Position numbers and translations under genes: made by a program
Assembly (NCBI GenBank): GCA_018716045.1
Contig: DVKL01000079.1
Location: 1-60,255 of the forward strand
Source: Candidatus Faecimonas intestinavium
GTDB taxonomy: Bacteria; Bacillota_I; Bacilli_A; RF39; UBA660
Reading direction: 5' to 3'
DNA length: 60,255 nt
Shown here: positions 1 through 8,592 of the stretch, one piece after another
How the letters are laid out: each line of letters starts with the position of its first letter
How positions within the stretch are numbered: position 1 is the stretch's first letter
The notes under the pieces: generated by a model
Databases searched by the model: none
The model's input: only the letters and a program-made list of their open reading frames with translations
Told to the model about the DNA's origin: nothing

Positions 1-2456
1 GATTCATTATTAATATCAAAAACATTCTTACTAGTAGTCTGTCTTAACAAACTATCTAATTCTAACTCTCCATAAATACCAACATTAGTAACTATAGTAT
101 CTTGATAAATAATTTTATTTTCTTCAAATGTAGTATTATTATAACCAATATTATATTCTTCAACAATATAAGAGAAAGTATACTGTTCTTCCTTATTTAA
201 CTTATCTAAGGTAAACCTTTGATAATCACCATTAATCTCTAATTGATCAAAATAAACTAGACTACCATGAGAATCTCGTACCTCCAAACGAACAAAATCA
301 CTTTCAATAGCCAAATCATCATCTACTACTTTAGCATCAAAGTCTATTAAATTCTCATTAGAAAATTCATTAATAACTGAAACAAAAGCTTGTTTTTTAA
401 ATGTTTTTGCTTCCTTCAAATTAGTCAAAGCTTTTAACTCATAACTTTTATTTCCCTGTCGAATATAAGTAACAACATTAACATCATAAACAGAATTAGA
501 AGTTAGATTAGAAAAAGTCAAATCAACAGTATCACCAGATTGTAATAAAGTAATATCATCGCCATCAATAACTTTAGTCAAAACTTCATTTCCTGAAACA
601 GAATCAGTCAACGTAATCTCAATAGAATCCAACAACTCAACTAATCGAGAGTCAGTAACATCAGAATTTAATTTTAAATGATAATTAGCACTATCCTGTG
701 TAGTTTGTTCATCCTCAAACTCTAACCTTACATATCCTAAAACTGAAATTGGCTGGGTACTAAACTTAGATGTACTAAGTTTTTGATTTTTAACAACACC
801 ATTACCATTTTCCAAATCATAATCGCCATAAACTTGAATTTGATAAACTTCATTAACATCTAAATCAGAAATTAAAGTATCTTTATTATTAACAACATCA
901 CCTTTAGCTACAATTTTACCATCACGATTAACAACAATATAATATAAATTAGAAAAAGAAACATTATCCTTATTATCCACAGTAAATTCAACTGTCGCAG
1001 TTGTTAAATCTGTTTTAAGCACATCAATAGATACCTGAGGTTCTTCTTTTGAGGTAATTGCATTAAAAGCATCTTTCTTAATCTTTAAAGAATTCCCCGC
1101 AACATCTTCTGCTACAATCTGATATGTATATTTAGAGTTAGAATCAAGACTCTTTGGAGTTTCATAATCAATAGATTTTAACTGCTTTAAATACGATACC
1201 TGCGAACTAGACAAAGTATATTCACTATCATTAAGTAAAATTTTAACTGTCTTTAGTCCTTTTAAGACCTCATCATCTGAATCATTATCTAATTTCATAT
1301 TTTGAATAAACAAATGATGAGGAAAAGTTTGAGTATTATCCAAAGAAAAAATAAGTGGTTCAACTCCTGAAATGTCTTTCGTACTAATCGTTTGTTCAAA
1401 AAAAGTTTTCTTAATTTGAACATCTTCCTCATTCAAATAAGTAAAACTACCAACAATAGTATATTCTGTATTAGGTAAAAGTCCAGTAATTTCAAAATCT
1501 CCGCTTGCACCTATACTTTTTCGCAAATAAATACTATTATTAATTTTTATTTCAAAAGTAGGACTCTTCTTTATCCTAAAAGCAGGATCATTAATATTAA
1601 GAGTAGAAGTCATAGAATAAATATTAGATTTAAAATGACTAACACTAACCTCTGGCTTTACATAAGTGATTTCTGAAGGCTCATTAGATACTCCACCATT
1701 ATCTTCTTTTTTATCACCATTATTAGTATCTTCATTCGGAGTATCGATAACATCCTGTACAAGTTCTTCTTTTTCTTTTTGATTAGAAAGAAGTTCCAAC
1801 AGAATACGTAATTGTTCATAACTAAAATTCTGCTTCAAAATACTAACTTCACTATCAGCATCTACTCCATCAATACGTTCATATCGAAATTTATCATTCT
1901 TTAAATAATAATACCTAATTTCATTTTCATCAAAATAAATAAAACTATGAACAGGAATATTATAAGTATACTGATGATCAGTAATACTAATAGAATTTAA
2001 ATTAATAAAAACATTATTTTCCAACTCTAAAAAATAATAAATATCATTATCAGCACGTTCTAAACTCAATTGATTATATAGCTCGCCGTTAGCCAAAACA
2101 CTATTAGCATAACTTTTCGTTTTTTGAAATCTATAATCAATCAAATAACCATTTTCTGTAAAATTATACAAAGTAGAACCATCACTAGAAAGCAAAGGCA
2201 AAGAAGCATTAATTTTAACTTTTTTTGTCTCGCCAACAAACAAGTCGTCTCTTTGTTGATAAATAACATCATTAACTTTAACTTTCTCATATTCTATTTT
2301 ATCTTTTTGGTTTTCTTGCAATAAGTTTTCAACAATTTGATTAGATGTAAATAAATATCCTCCTACATCAACATTCATAACAGGAGAAAATTTTATATAA
2401 CTAAAATAAATAAGAATAATCGAAATAACAACAATAGGGATGACAATTTTTTTCAA
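1..2456 (-). CDS. Large membrane-anchored surface protein, N-terminal 818 aa only (gene runs off the left edge); TM helix followed by tandem FN3/Ig-like repeats
   Basis: Absent from the ORF track because it has no stop inside the window. The reverse strand is open from TTG 2456-2454 (SD GGGAG at 2470-2466) to base 1. It starts LKKIVIPIVVISIILIYFSYIKF (TM helix). Units of ~100 aa recur, each ending in an FN3-like strand motif: LLPNTEYTIVGSFTY, SKYTYQIVAEDVAGN, LDVNEVYQIQVYGDY, LTSNSVYDVNVVTYI, EEQYTFSYIVEEY. I checked the frame at both ends. Confidence 0.7.
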   Translation of the reverse strand, partial: MKKIVIPIVVISIILIYFSYIKFSPVMNVDVGGYLFTSNQIVENLLQENQKDKIEYEKVKVNDVIYQQRDDLFVGETKKVKINASLPLLSSDGSTLYNFTENGYLIDYRFQKTKSYANSVLANGELYNQLSLERADNDIYYFLELENNVFINLNSISITDHQYTYNIPVHSFIYFDENEIRYYYLKNDKFRYERIDGVDADSEVSILKQNFSYEQLRILLELLSNQKEKEELVQDVIDTPNEDTNNGDKKEDNGGVSNEPSEITYVKPEVSVSHFKSNIYSMTSTLNINDPAFRIKKSPTFEIKINNSIYLRKSIGASGDFEITGLLPNTEYTIVGSFTYLNEEDVQIKKTFFEQTISTKDISGVEPLIFSLDNTQTFPHHLFIQNMKLDNDSDDEVLKGLKTVKILLNDSEYTLSSSQVSYLKQLKSIDYETPKSLDSNSKYTYQIVAEDVAGNSLKIKKDAFNAITSKEEPQVSIDVLKTDLTTATVEFTVDNKDNVSFSNLYYIVVNRDGKIVAKGDVVNNKDTLISDLDVNEVYQIQVYGDYDLENGNGVVKNQKLSTSKFSTQPISVLGYVRLEFEDEQTTQDSANYHLKLNSDVTDSRLVELLDSIEITLTDSVSGNEVLTKVIDGDDITLLQSGDTVDLTFSNLTSNSVYDVNVVTYIRQGNKSYELKALTNLKEAKTFKKQAFVSVINEFSNENLIDFDAKVVDDDLAIESDFVRLEVRDSHGSLVYFDQLEINGDYQRFTLDKLNKEEQYTFSYIVEEYNIGYNNTTFEENKIIYQDTIVTNVGIYGELELDSLLRQTTSKNVFDINNE

Positions 2457-2472
2457 AATAACCAACTCCCAA

Positions 2473-3237
2473 CTAAGACTTTAATTTAGGCAAATAAGAA
2501 AAATTTTTCATAAGAAGTCTAGATTTATCATTATCACGTTCTAAACTATCAATACTTAGATTAACTGTATAAGAATCTGCTTTTGCTAAGACCACATCAG
2601 ACACATCTGAATAATAGTTCATAACATCGCTTTCAAAATCATATACATATAATTCTTTATTAAAATTATAAGTAACATAAGAAAAAGGAGAAAGAGAAAT
2701 TTCTGTACTACCAAATTGAATAACAACAGGATTAATAAAGAAATATAAATCCGCACCATCATACAAAAAGGCAGTATCCAAAGAATAATTTAAATTATTA
2801 TTTTTTAAATAAATTCCACCCTCAGATGCATCTATTTCACTAAATTTAGGAATAACCTTCTGTTGACCGCTAGAAAGAGGAAAAACAACAGACATCTGTA
2901 CAGGAAGAATTGCCTTTTTCAAACCAGAATAATATAAAGGCTGAGAACCCAACTCAACTTCTTCTCCGTCCAATTTTAATTTTGTAATACCATTGCTTTC
3001 ACCCAAAGTGACAGCAGTGTCGTATTCAAATTTAATATCTCCAAAATAAACATAAGTTTTAACGTCTTCTGTTTTAAATTCTGATAACTGTTTTTGAGAG
3101 ACTAACACTAATATAGTCACAACAACTAAAACAACAACAAAAAGAACAGCTAATATAAATTGCACAAAATGTGCTTTTATATAATCTTTTATTCGTTGCA
3201 CTGCTAACATGAACTTCCAAATCTTTAAATTGGTCAT
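2473..3237 (-). CDS. Hypothetical N-terminally membrane-anchored extracytoplasmic protein
   Basis: 254-aa ORF with SD AAAGGTAGGGGA upstream and one TM helix (FVQFILAVLFVVVLVVVTILVLV). Its stop lies 16 nt before the start of the large surface-protein gene, so the two are probably co-transcribed. No recognisable catalytic motif. Confidence 0.6.
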   Translation of the reverse strand: MTNLKIWKFMLAVQRIKDYIKAHFVQFILAVLFVVVLVVVTILVLVSQKQLSEFKTEDVKTYVYFGDIKFEYDTAVTLGESNGITKLKLDGEEVELGSQPLYYSGLKKAILPVQMSVVFPLSSGQQKVIPKFSEIDASEGGIYLKNNNLNYSLDTAFLYDGADLYFFINPVVIQFGSTEISLSPFSYVTYNFNKELYVYDFESDVMNYYSDVSDVVLAKADSYTVNLSIDSLERDNDKSRLLMKNFSYLPKLKS

Positions 3238-3315
3238 AGCAAGTCCCCTACCTTTTTAATCTTATTATATATGAAATTGTAGAAAAAAACAATTATATTT
3301 TATAAATAAATATGA

Positions 3316-3341
3316 CAAAAAAAGAAAGAACGCGTCTCTCT
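3316..3341 (-). terminator. Intrinsic terminator after the 145-aa gene
   Basis: Minus-strand RNA forms AGAGAGA-CGCGU-UCUUUCU (7 bp, one G-U) followed by UUUUUUUG. The wobble pair works only on the minus strand. Confidence 0.5.
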
Positions 3342-3342
3342 T

Positions 3343-3780
3343 TTACAAAAAATCTTTCAAATCTTTTTGGGCTTTTTTTTGAAATTTCAGAAAATCTTTA
3401 GCCAGCTTAAGATCATCCTTACTAATTTCATCGCTTGCATTTTCCACTCTCTTTTCCATTTCTATCTCTCCCATAGATAATCCTTGAATTAACAAATCCG
3501 CAATAGCTGCATCACTATTATCTGCAAGAACTTCCTTATAAATTCCCATAGAAGACATAATTTTTGCTATATTTCCTTCTTCTTCTAACTTCATATCTTT
3601 AGAAAGTAAAGATTCTTTAGCCTTTTCTTCATAAGACGAATATTCTTTAAAAATTTCTTCTACTTTTCCGGTAATTTTATTATCTTTACCTTTTAAATTA
3701 TCTAATAACTTTTGAGTAGAAAATCTTCCCATAGAAGCATTCTTATAAATCTTTTCAATTAGCTCACATTGCTTATTCAT
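3343..3780 (-). CDS. Hypothetical cytoplasmic all-helical protein
   Basis: 145-aa ORF with a strong SD (GAGGTGATG). Composition is charged and helix-prone, with no TM helix and no motif I can name. Confidence 0.55.
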   Translation of the reverse strand: MNKQCELIEKIYKNASMGRFSTQKLLDNLKGKDNKITGKVEEIFKEYSSYEEKAKESLLSKDMKLEEEGNIAKIMSSMGIYKEVLADNSDAAIADLLIQGLSMGEIEMEKRVENASDEISKDDLKLAKDFLKFQKKAQKDLKDFL

Positions 3781-3815
3781 TTACATCACCTCAATACTAG
3801 TATGAAAAAAATTAT

Positions 3816-5213
3816 TTATTTTATACTAGTTTTTGTTAAAGATTTAGTGGCTGGTCCTTTAATTAATTTTCCATCTAAAGAAAATCTTGATCCATGGCAA
3901 GGACAATCCCAAGTTTTATCATAAGAATTAAAAACCAAATGACACTTCATATGAGGACATAATAAACAAATTTTATGGATTTTATGTTCTTCATCTTCAT
4001 AAATCGCATGTAAAACACCATTAATCCTAACATAAGAAGGATTGTTTTTTTTCAAAAAAGCTTGCGTTGTTGCTTTCATATAATGAAAAGTTCCTAAAAA
4101 AGAATGAATAGCTAATCCCAAATTCATCCTTGTTGGAGAAAATAAATCTTGGTATAAAGCCGCCTGATATAAAATAAAATTAGAAATAATCTTACCGGAC
4201 AAAACACCATTAGTCATTCCCCAACCTCGATAAGCTGCTCCCACATAAAGATGACTATCAAGTCTTCCAATAAACGGTAACAAATCATGGCTGACAATAT
4301 CTTGATTATCCCATGTCACTTCAGGAATTTTATCAAATAACCTCTTAAAGTCAGAACGACTTTTATCATAATGCTTTCCAAAATCAATTTTTTCAGTCAA
4401 CCGATGACGGTTAGACCCATATAATAAATAATCTTTATAATAACGAATCGAATGTAAATCAGAATCAATATTTATAGCTGTAAAAGATGAAGAATGAGAT
4501 ACTTTCGCAGCATTTACATATTCTCTTTGTACATAAGTTTTAAGAGGAAATAAATTAGGAAGTAAAAAGAAAGGATAATGATTTGCAATTACAACATTCT
4601 TCGCAAAAAAATCTCCATTTGTAGTATGAATAAGATAACGACCATTCTCTTTTTTCATATCAAACACCAAAGTATTTTCATAAATAAGAACTTTGGAAAT
4701 CAAAGTGTTAGAAAGCCCAGATAAAAATTTTAAAGGATGAAAAACATAAGAATCAGAAATCCCAATACCAGAAGAAATATTTGGATGCTCCACTTCATAA
4801 GGATGAGCACCAAAACTTTCTAGCAACTGTTTCTCTGCTCGAATCTTTGAATCATTTTCCTTATTCAAACAAAAAAGAATAGATGGAACTTCTTCCAACT
4901 CACAAGAGATATTCCCGTCTTCAATGATTTTTAACAATTCCCAAATAGCCTCTTTCTGCGACAAATAATAAGATTTTGCCTTATCTCCTAACCTTTGATA
5001 TATATCACCCTGTAAATATGTAATTTTAGCTGTCGACCTACTAGTTACTCCCATTCCAATCTTTCCCTGTTCAAAAACAGCAACCTTCAAGTTAGAATCT
5101 CGCAAATAGTAAGCTGTACTAAGACCAGTAATACCTCCACCAATAATCGCAACATCTAATTCTCTAACAAATTTATCCGTAGTTAAAGAAGGAAAGTTTG
5201 TATTCCAAAACAT
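3816..5213 (-). CDS. FAD-dependent oxidoreductase with C-terminal Rieske [2Fe-2S] domain (YhfW-like architecture)
   Basis: Dinucleotide-binding motif VAIIGGGITGLSTAYYL near the N-terminus. C-terminal Rieske ligand boxes are CPHMKCH ... CPCHGSRF. The track ORF starts at TTG 5258, inside the upstream terminator, so I prefer ATG 5213 (MFWNTNFP...); this start is uncertain. Confidence 0.75.
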   Translation of the reverse strand: MFWNTNFPSLTTDKFVRELDVAIIGGGITGLSTAYYLRDSNLKVAVFEQGKIGMGVTSRSTAKITYLQGDIYQRLGDKAKSYYLSQKEAIWELLKIIEDGNISCELEEVPSILFCLNKENDSKIRAEKQLLESFGAHPYEVEHPNISSGIGISDSYVFHPLKFLSGLSNTLISKVLIYENTLVFDMKKENGRYLIHTTNGDFFAKNVVIANHYPFFLLPNLFPLKTYVQREYVNAAKVSHSSSFTAINIDSDLHSIRYYKDYLLYGSNRHRLTEKIDFGKHYDKSRSDFKRLFDKIPEVTWDNQDIVSHDLLPFIGRLDSHLYVGAAYRGWGMTNGVLSGKIISNFILYQAALYQDLFSPTRMNLGLAIHSFLGTFHYMKATTQAFLKKNNPSYVRINGVLHAIYEDEEHKIHKICLLCPHMKCHLVFNSYDKTWDCPCHGSRFSLDGKLIKGPATKSLTKTSIK

Positions 5214-5256
5214 AACATCACCAATAATAGCATATCCTGTTTTTTTTAATACATAC

Positions 5257-5278
5257 AAAAAAAGCCAAATCTGGCTTT
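5257..5278 (-). terminator. Intrinsic terminator closing the ATPase/Cys-rich operon
   Basis: Minus-strand RNA forms AAAGCCA-GAUU-UGGCUUU followed by UUUUG. It overlaps the stop codon of the Cys-rich gene. Confidence 0.65.
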
Positions 5279-5966
5279 AAAAATTCATAATCCATTTAAT
5301 AATTTCTTTTTTTATAGCAAAATACTCTTCTTTTTCAAACTGCATATTACAAATACAATACTTTTTATTAGAAATATGAGCACAAAACATACATTCATGT
5401 AACGAACCACAGTCCTCTATAAAAAAAGAATTACTAATTTTTGAAGAGCAAGAAACATTATAACTATTAGAACAACCAGAAGAATCATCACAACGAATGC
5501 AAAAGCTACAATGACCAGATCTTTGAGATGCAAGTAAATATTCACTTCCCTGACAACCATCAGAAAAAATCAAATTTTTGCTATCACTAGAATCACAAGA
5601 ACGATATATGTTTTCAGAACGATAAATAGTATCACTTTCAGATACATTAGTAGAATCATATACTCTTTCAGTAGTACGATAATTAAGTTGATTCCATAAA
5701 GTAACCAACTGTTCCAAGTTTTCTATTTCTTGTTTTGGCTGTTCCCAAGTTTTCCATTTCCAAGTGTTTTTTTCTGTAATATACTTTGTTGGATTGACAG
5801 AAGTAGCCCAAGTAACTTCTCCCGTAATAGAATCATTTACCTGCTGTGGCAACTTAACATCAAACGCAAATTTAGTTAAAAGTTCATCAATAGTAAATGG
5901 ATTCTTACAGTCAAAAACATTAGAAAAAATCTTATCTACTGTTTCCAACACTTGTGTTTTATTCAT
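5277..5966 (-). CDS. Cys-rich protein of unknown function (13 Cys; CxxCxxCx5C and CxxCx8CxC clusters)
   Basis: 229-aa ORF. Its ATG lies inside the last codons of the upstream ATPase gene (8-nt overlap) behind SD GAGGTGATG. The C-terminal half is Ser/Cys/Asn-rich with a roughly 8-residue beat. Confidence 0.7.
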   Translation of the reverse strand: MNKTQVLETVDKIFSNVFDCKNPFTIDELLTKFAFDVKLPQQVNDSITGEVTWATSVNPTKYITEKNTWKWKTWEQPKQEIENLEQLVTLWNQLNYRTTERVYDSTNVSESDTIYRSENIYRSCDSSDSKNLIFSDGCQGSEYLLASQRSGHCSFCIRCDDSSGCSNSYNVSCSSKISNSFFIEDCGSLHECMFCAHISNKKYCICNMQFEKEEYFAIKKEIIKWIMNF

Positions 5967-7836
5967 TTACATCACCTCTCATATTTCTTCTACTAGAAGA
6001 TTGTTCTAACAATAATTCTGTCAATTTAATATTTGGTGTAATTTCAAATTTCTTCTTAGGGGGAGATACTGTAACTTTACTCTTAGGAACTGGTTTAGAT
6101 ATCTTTGTTTTCTTAACTCCTTTAATAGGAACAAAATCAACAGTTCTTCCTTTGAACGCCGGAAGCAACACACCTCGACTTCCAAGACGTACAACGCATT
6201 CTCTATCTCCTAAATTAATTAACATCAATATACGATTCTCTTCATTATCATCACGAGATAATTTCATAGATATATTACTAGATAATATAGTAGCATCTCT
6301 TCTAGAAACCCTAAACACATAATAATTAATTACATTAGCAAAAATGGCATCTTGTAATTCTTTACTAATTTGCTCAAAATATTGTTGTGCTAAAATTAAA
6401 GATAACCCAAATTTTCGTGCCTCTGATAAAAATTTAAGCAAAATAGGATTTTCTATCGTAGAAACCTCATCTACAATAAATATAATATGTTCATCTATTT
6501 TTCTTTCTTGAATCAATGCCATTAATTGCTGCATAATAAGACCAGAAATCGTCTTAACACAAGAGTCTCCCAATACATTACGATTTAAAGAAAACAAAGT
6601 TAGAAAACTTTTCTGAATAACGTCTTGTAAAGATGAGGCATTAGTATTTTCCTCTTGAAAAACAGGAATTAATTCCATCTCATCTAGAAAAGCAATAATA
6701 GGAGCAATTGCCTCATTATAATACTTATTTTTCATTTCATTAAAATCAGTCAAAAAGAAACTATAAATACTATCTGGCAATTTCTCTGATAACAAAGATT
6801 CTCGGTACTCAACCTCTAATAATAACTTACGTAAATGTTTAAAACTAAAACTATTATGATATAAAAGCAATAATAAACTATGGCGTAAAACTCTTTCTAA
6901 CTTAGAATTATATAAATCGCTCATATAAGAAGAAAGTAAAGACATCAATAATTCTGAAGCAACCACGACATTATCCGTAGAATTAACAAACAAATTAATA
7001 CTTTGTTCAATGGATTGAAAATCAACAATAGAACTATTAGGTAAACCACCAATATCTTCTTCTAAAGAAGCATGTGGATCAATAACAACAATTTTATATT
7101 TCAATTTATAATCAAGCGTTGTTGCTAATCGACTGATAAGCAAACTAATAAACTTAGACTTACCACTACCACTAGACCCTACAATAAGAGAATGTTTATC
7201 AAAAGAATAGGTAGATAAGTTTAAATAATAATCCTTAGAAAAATAAGGAAAGGTGGAAACAGAAAGTAAAGCTTGAACAGACTCACTTTGCAACAATGGT
7301 AGAGCTTTTTGGAAATCTAAATATTTAGGTTGAGACTGATAGATATATTTTTTGTTTTTCGAAAAATCAACACTAAGTAATACCTCTGGTAAGCTTTTAA
7401 ATAACTTACGACGAATAACACTGTCCCGTTCACTTATATATAAATAACCACGACTAAGAAGTTTATCACCAGTAACATTACGAAAATATAGTTCTAACAT
7501 TTTAATATTACGAGATTTCTTTAATGATTCTCTATCCATAAGATCAACAATTGTATCTGTCAACTGATTTATATAAGGTAAACCACGCTCATAAGCAAAC
7601 GACCAATGAACATCTGAAACCTTGAACAGAAAATCAGACAATTCTCCTAATACAGTTGGCAAAACTTCTTCTGTACGAACATAATAATGAATTTTATTCA
7701 TATCGCAAACAACAAATATTTGAAAACGAGAAAAAGAGCCTAAATAACTAGAGAGTTTTAAAAGCATAGAATGCCAAGACTCTCTAGATACAAATTTGGA
7801 AGTTAAATAAATTTCTGAAACGATACTCTTCCGCAT
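5959..7836 (-). CDS. FtsK/HerA/VirD4-class P-loop NTPase (DUF87-like), orphan
   Basis: Walker A is VGSSGSGKSKF and Walker B is IIFIVDEVS, followed by SEARKFGLSLILAQQ, which is typical of HerA and type IV coupling ATPases. The track ORF start (7956) overlaps pflA. ATG 7836 (MRKSIVSE...) has SD AAAGGAG 8 nt upstream. No TM helix; Lys-rich C-terminal tail. Confidence 0.75.
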   Translation of the reverse strand: MRKSIVSEIYLTSKFVSRESWHSMLLKLSSYLGSFSRFQIFVVCDMNKIHYYVRTEEVLPTVLGELSDFLFKVSDVHWSFAYERGLPYINQLTDTIVDLMDRESLKKSRNIKMLELYFRNVTGDKLLSRGYLYISERDSVIRRKLFKSLPEVLLSVDFSKNKKYIYQSQPKYLDFQKALPLLQSESVQALLSVSTFPYFSKDYYLNLSTYSFDKHSLIVGSSGSGKSKFISLLISRLATTLDYKLKYKIVVIDPHASLEEDIGGLPNSSIVDFQSIEQSINLFVNSTDNVVVASELLMSLLSSYMSDLYNSKLERVLRHSLLLLLYHNSFSFKHLRKLLLEVEYRESLLSEKLPDSIYSFFLTDFNEMKNKYYNEAIAPIIAFLDEMELIPVFQEENTNASSLQDVIQKSFLTLFSLNRNVLGDSCVKTISGLIMQQLMALIQERKIDEHIIFIVDEVSTIENPILLKFLSEARKFGLSLILAQQYFEQISKELQDAIFANVINYYVFRVSRRDATILSSNISMKLSRDDNEENRILMLINLGDRECVVRLGSRGVLLPAFKGRTVDFVPIKGVKKTKISKPVPKSKVTVSPPKKKFEITPNIKLTELLLEQSSSRRNMRGDVNE

Positions 7837-7868
7837 AATAAGACTCCTTTTATTAAAAACAGTATAAC

Positions 7869-7896
7869 AAAAAAAGATATTATTTAAAATATCTTT
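7869..7896 (-). terminator. Weak AT-rich hairpin/terminator at the end of pflA
   Basis: Minus-strand RNA forms AAAGAUAUU-UUAAAU-AAUAUCUUU followed by a U-run and G. The pflA stop codon lies at the loop/3' arm junction of the hairpin. The stem has only one G-C pair. Confidence 0.35.
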
Positions 7897-8590
7897 CTTT
7901 AAAATAATCATATAATTGATTACACTTTTCTTTATCCATATCCTGTTTATCTTCATATGGATATGAAAGCCCTAATTTAATATATTTTTCACGTCCTAAA
8001 CGATGGAATGGAAGAAAATCTACTCTTTCAACATTATGGATATGTTGTAAATAATTTACTAAACTATCCATATATTCATAATTATCCATAATACCTGGAA
8101 CAATAACTTGACGAATCCAAATCTTTTTATTCATCTCGTTGCAAACATCAATAAAATGTTCCACTTCCTTCATTTCTAGACCAGTAATATTGTGGTATTC
8201 TTCTGGGTCAGTATGTTTAATATCTAAAAGAACTAAATCGACGTAAGATAAAAGTTCACGATAATCACCCAATCCAACGCCAGAAGTATCTATCGCAATA
8301 TGAATATTATCTTTTTTTAATAGTTTACAAACTTCAATAATAAATTCACTGTGTAATAAAGGTTCTCCTCCAGAAAAAGTAACTCCACCATTTTTCTTAA
8401 AGTAAGGTTCACACCTCTTAATTTTCTTTACTAATTCCTCTGGCGTATAATTTTCTTCTCTCTTCTTCCACATTTCAGGATTATGACAATATTTGCATCG
8501 TAACATACATCCATTAAAGAAGACTACACATCGTATACCAGGACCATCAACTAATCCAAATGTTTCTATCGAATCAATACTTGCTTTCAT
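7880..8590 (-). CDS. pflA: Pyruvate formate-lyase activating enzyme (radical SAM)
   Basis: Radical-SAM cluster CMLRCKYCHNP, a GGVTFSGGEPLL box, and a position immediately downstream of pflB. Confidence 0.9.
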   Translation of the reverse strand: MKASIDSIETFGLVDGPGIRCVVFFNGCMLRCKYCHNPEMWKKREENYTPEELVKKIKRCEPYFKKNGGVTFSGGEPLLHSEFIIEVCKLLKKDNIHIAIDTSGVGLGDYRELLSYVDLVLLDIKHTDPEEYHNITGLEMKEVEHFIDVCNEMNKKIWIRQVIVPGIMDNYEYMDSLVNYLQHIHNVERVDFLPFHRLGREKYIKLGLSYPYEDKQDMDKEKCNQLYDYFKERYFK

Positions 8591-8592
8591 AA

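Noticed and set aside
2124-2324. 66-aa plus-strand ORF, the only track entry in the first 2.4 kb.
   Set aside because: It is antisense to the long continuous minus-strand surface-protein frame, has no SD, and is low-complexity Ile/Phe/Asn-rich.
2448-2454. A7 tract at codons 2-4 of the large surface-protein gene (and A8/T8 tracts at 3371-3378 and 5241-5248), as possible slipped-strand phase-variation switches.
   Set aside because: Tracts of 7-8 nt are common by chance in DNA this AT-rich and are shorter than typical phase-variable homopolymers. No supporting evidence is visible in a single sequence.
5764-6322. Plus-strand ORFs 5764-6009 and 5954-6322, opposite the ATPase/Cys-rich junction.
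   Set aside because: They are antisense to two well-supported, translationally coupled genes and have no ribosome-binding sites.
7837-7956. N-terminal extensions proposed by the ORF track. Examples are the ATPase to 7956, tuf to 28656, rpoB to 39421, clpC to 50998, yfcC to 52589, rplJ to 42028, cysS to 48675, dusB to 55833 and mscL to 56366.
   Set aside because: The extensions overlap upstream genes or terminators and lack SDs. In each case an internal start with a good SD matches the conserved N-terminus of the family.
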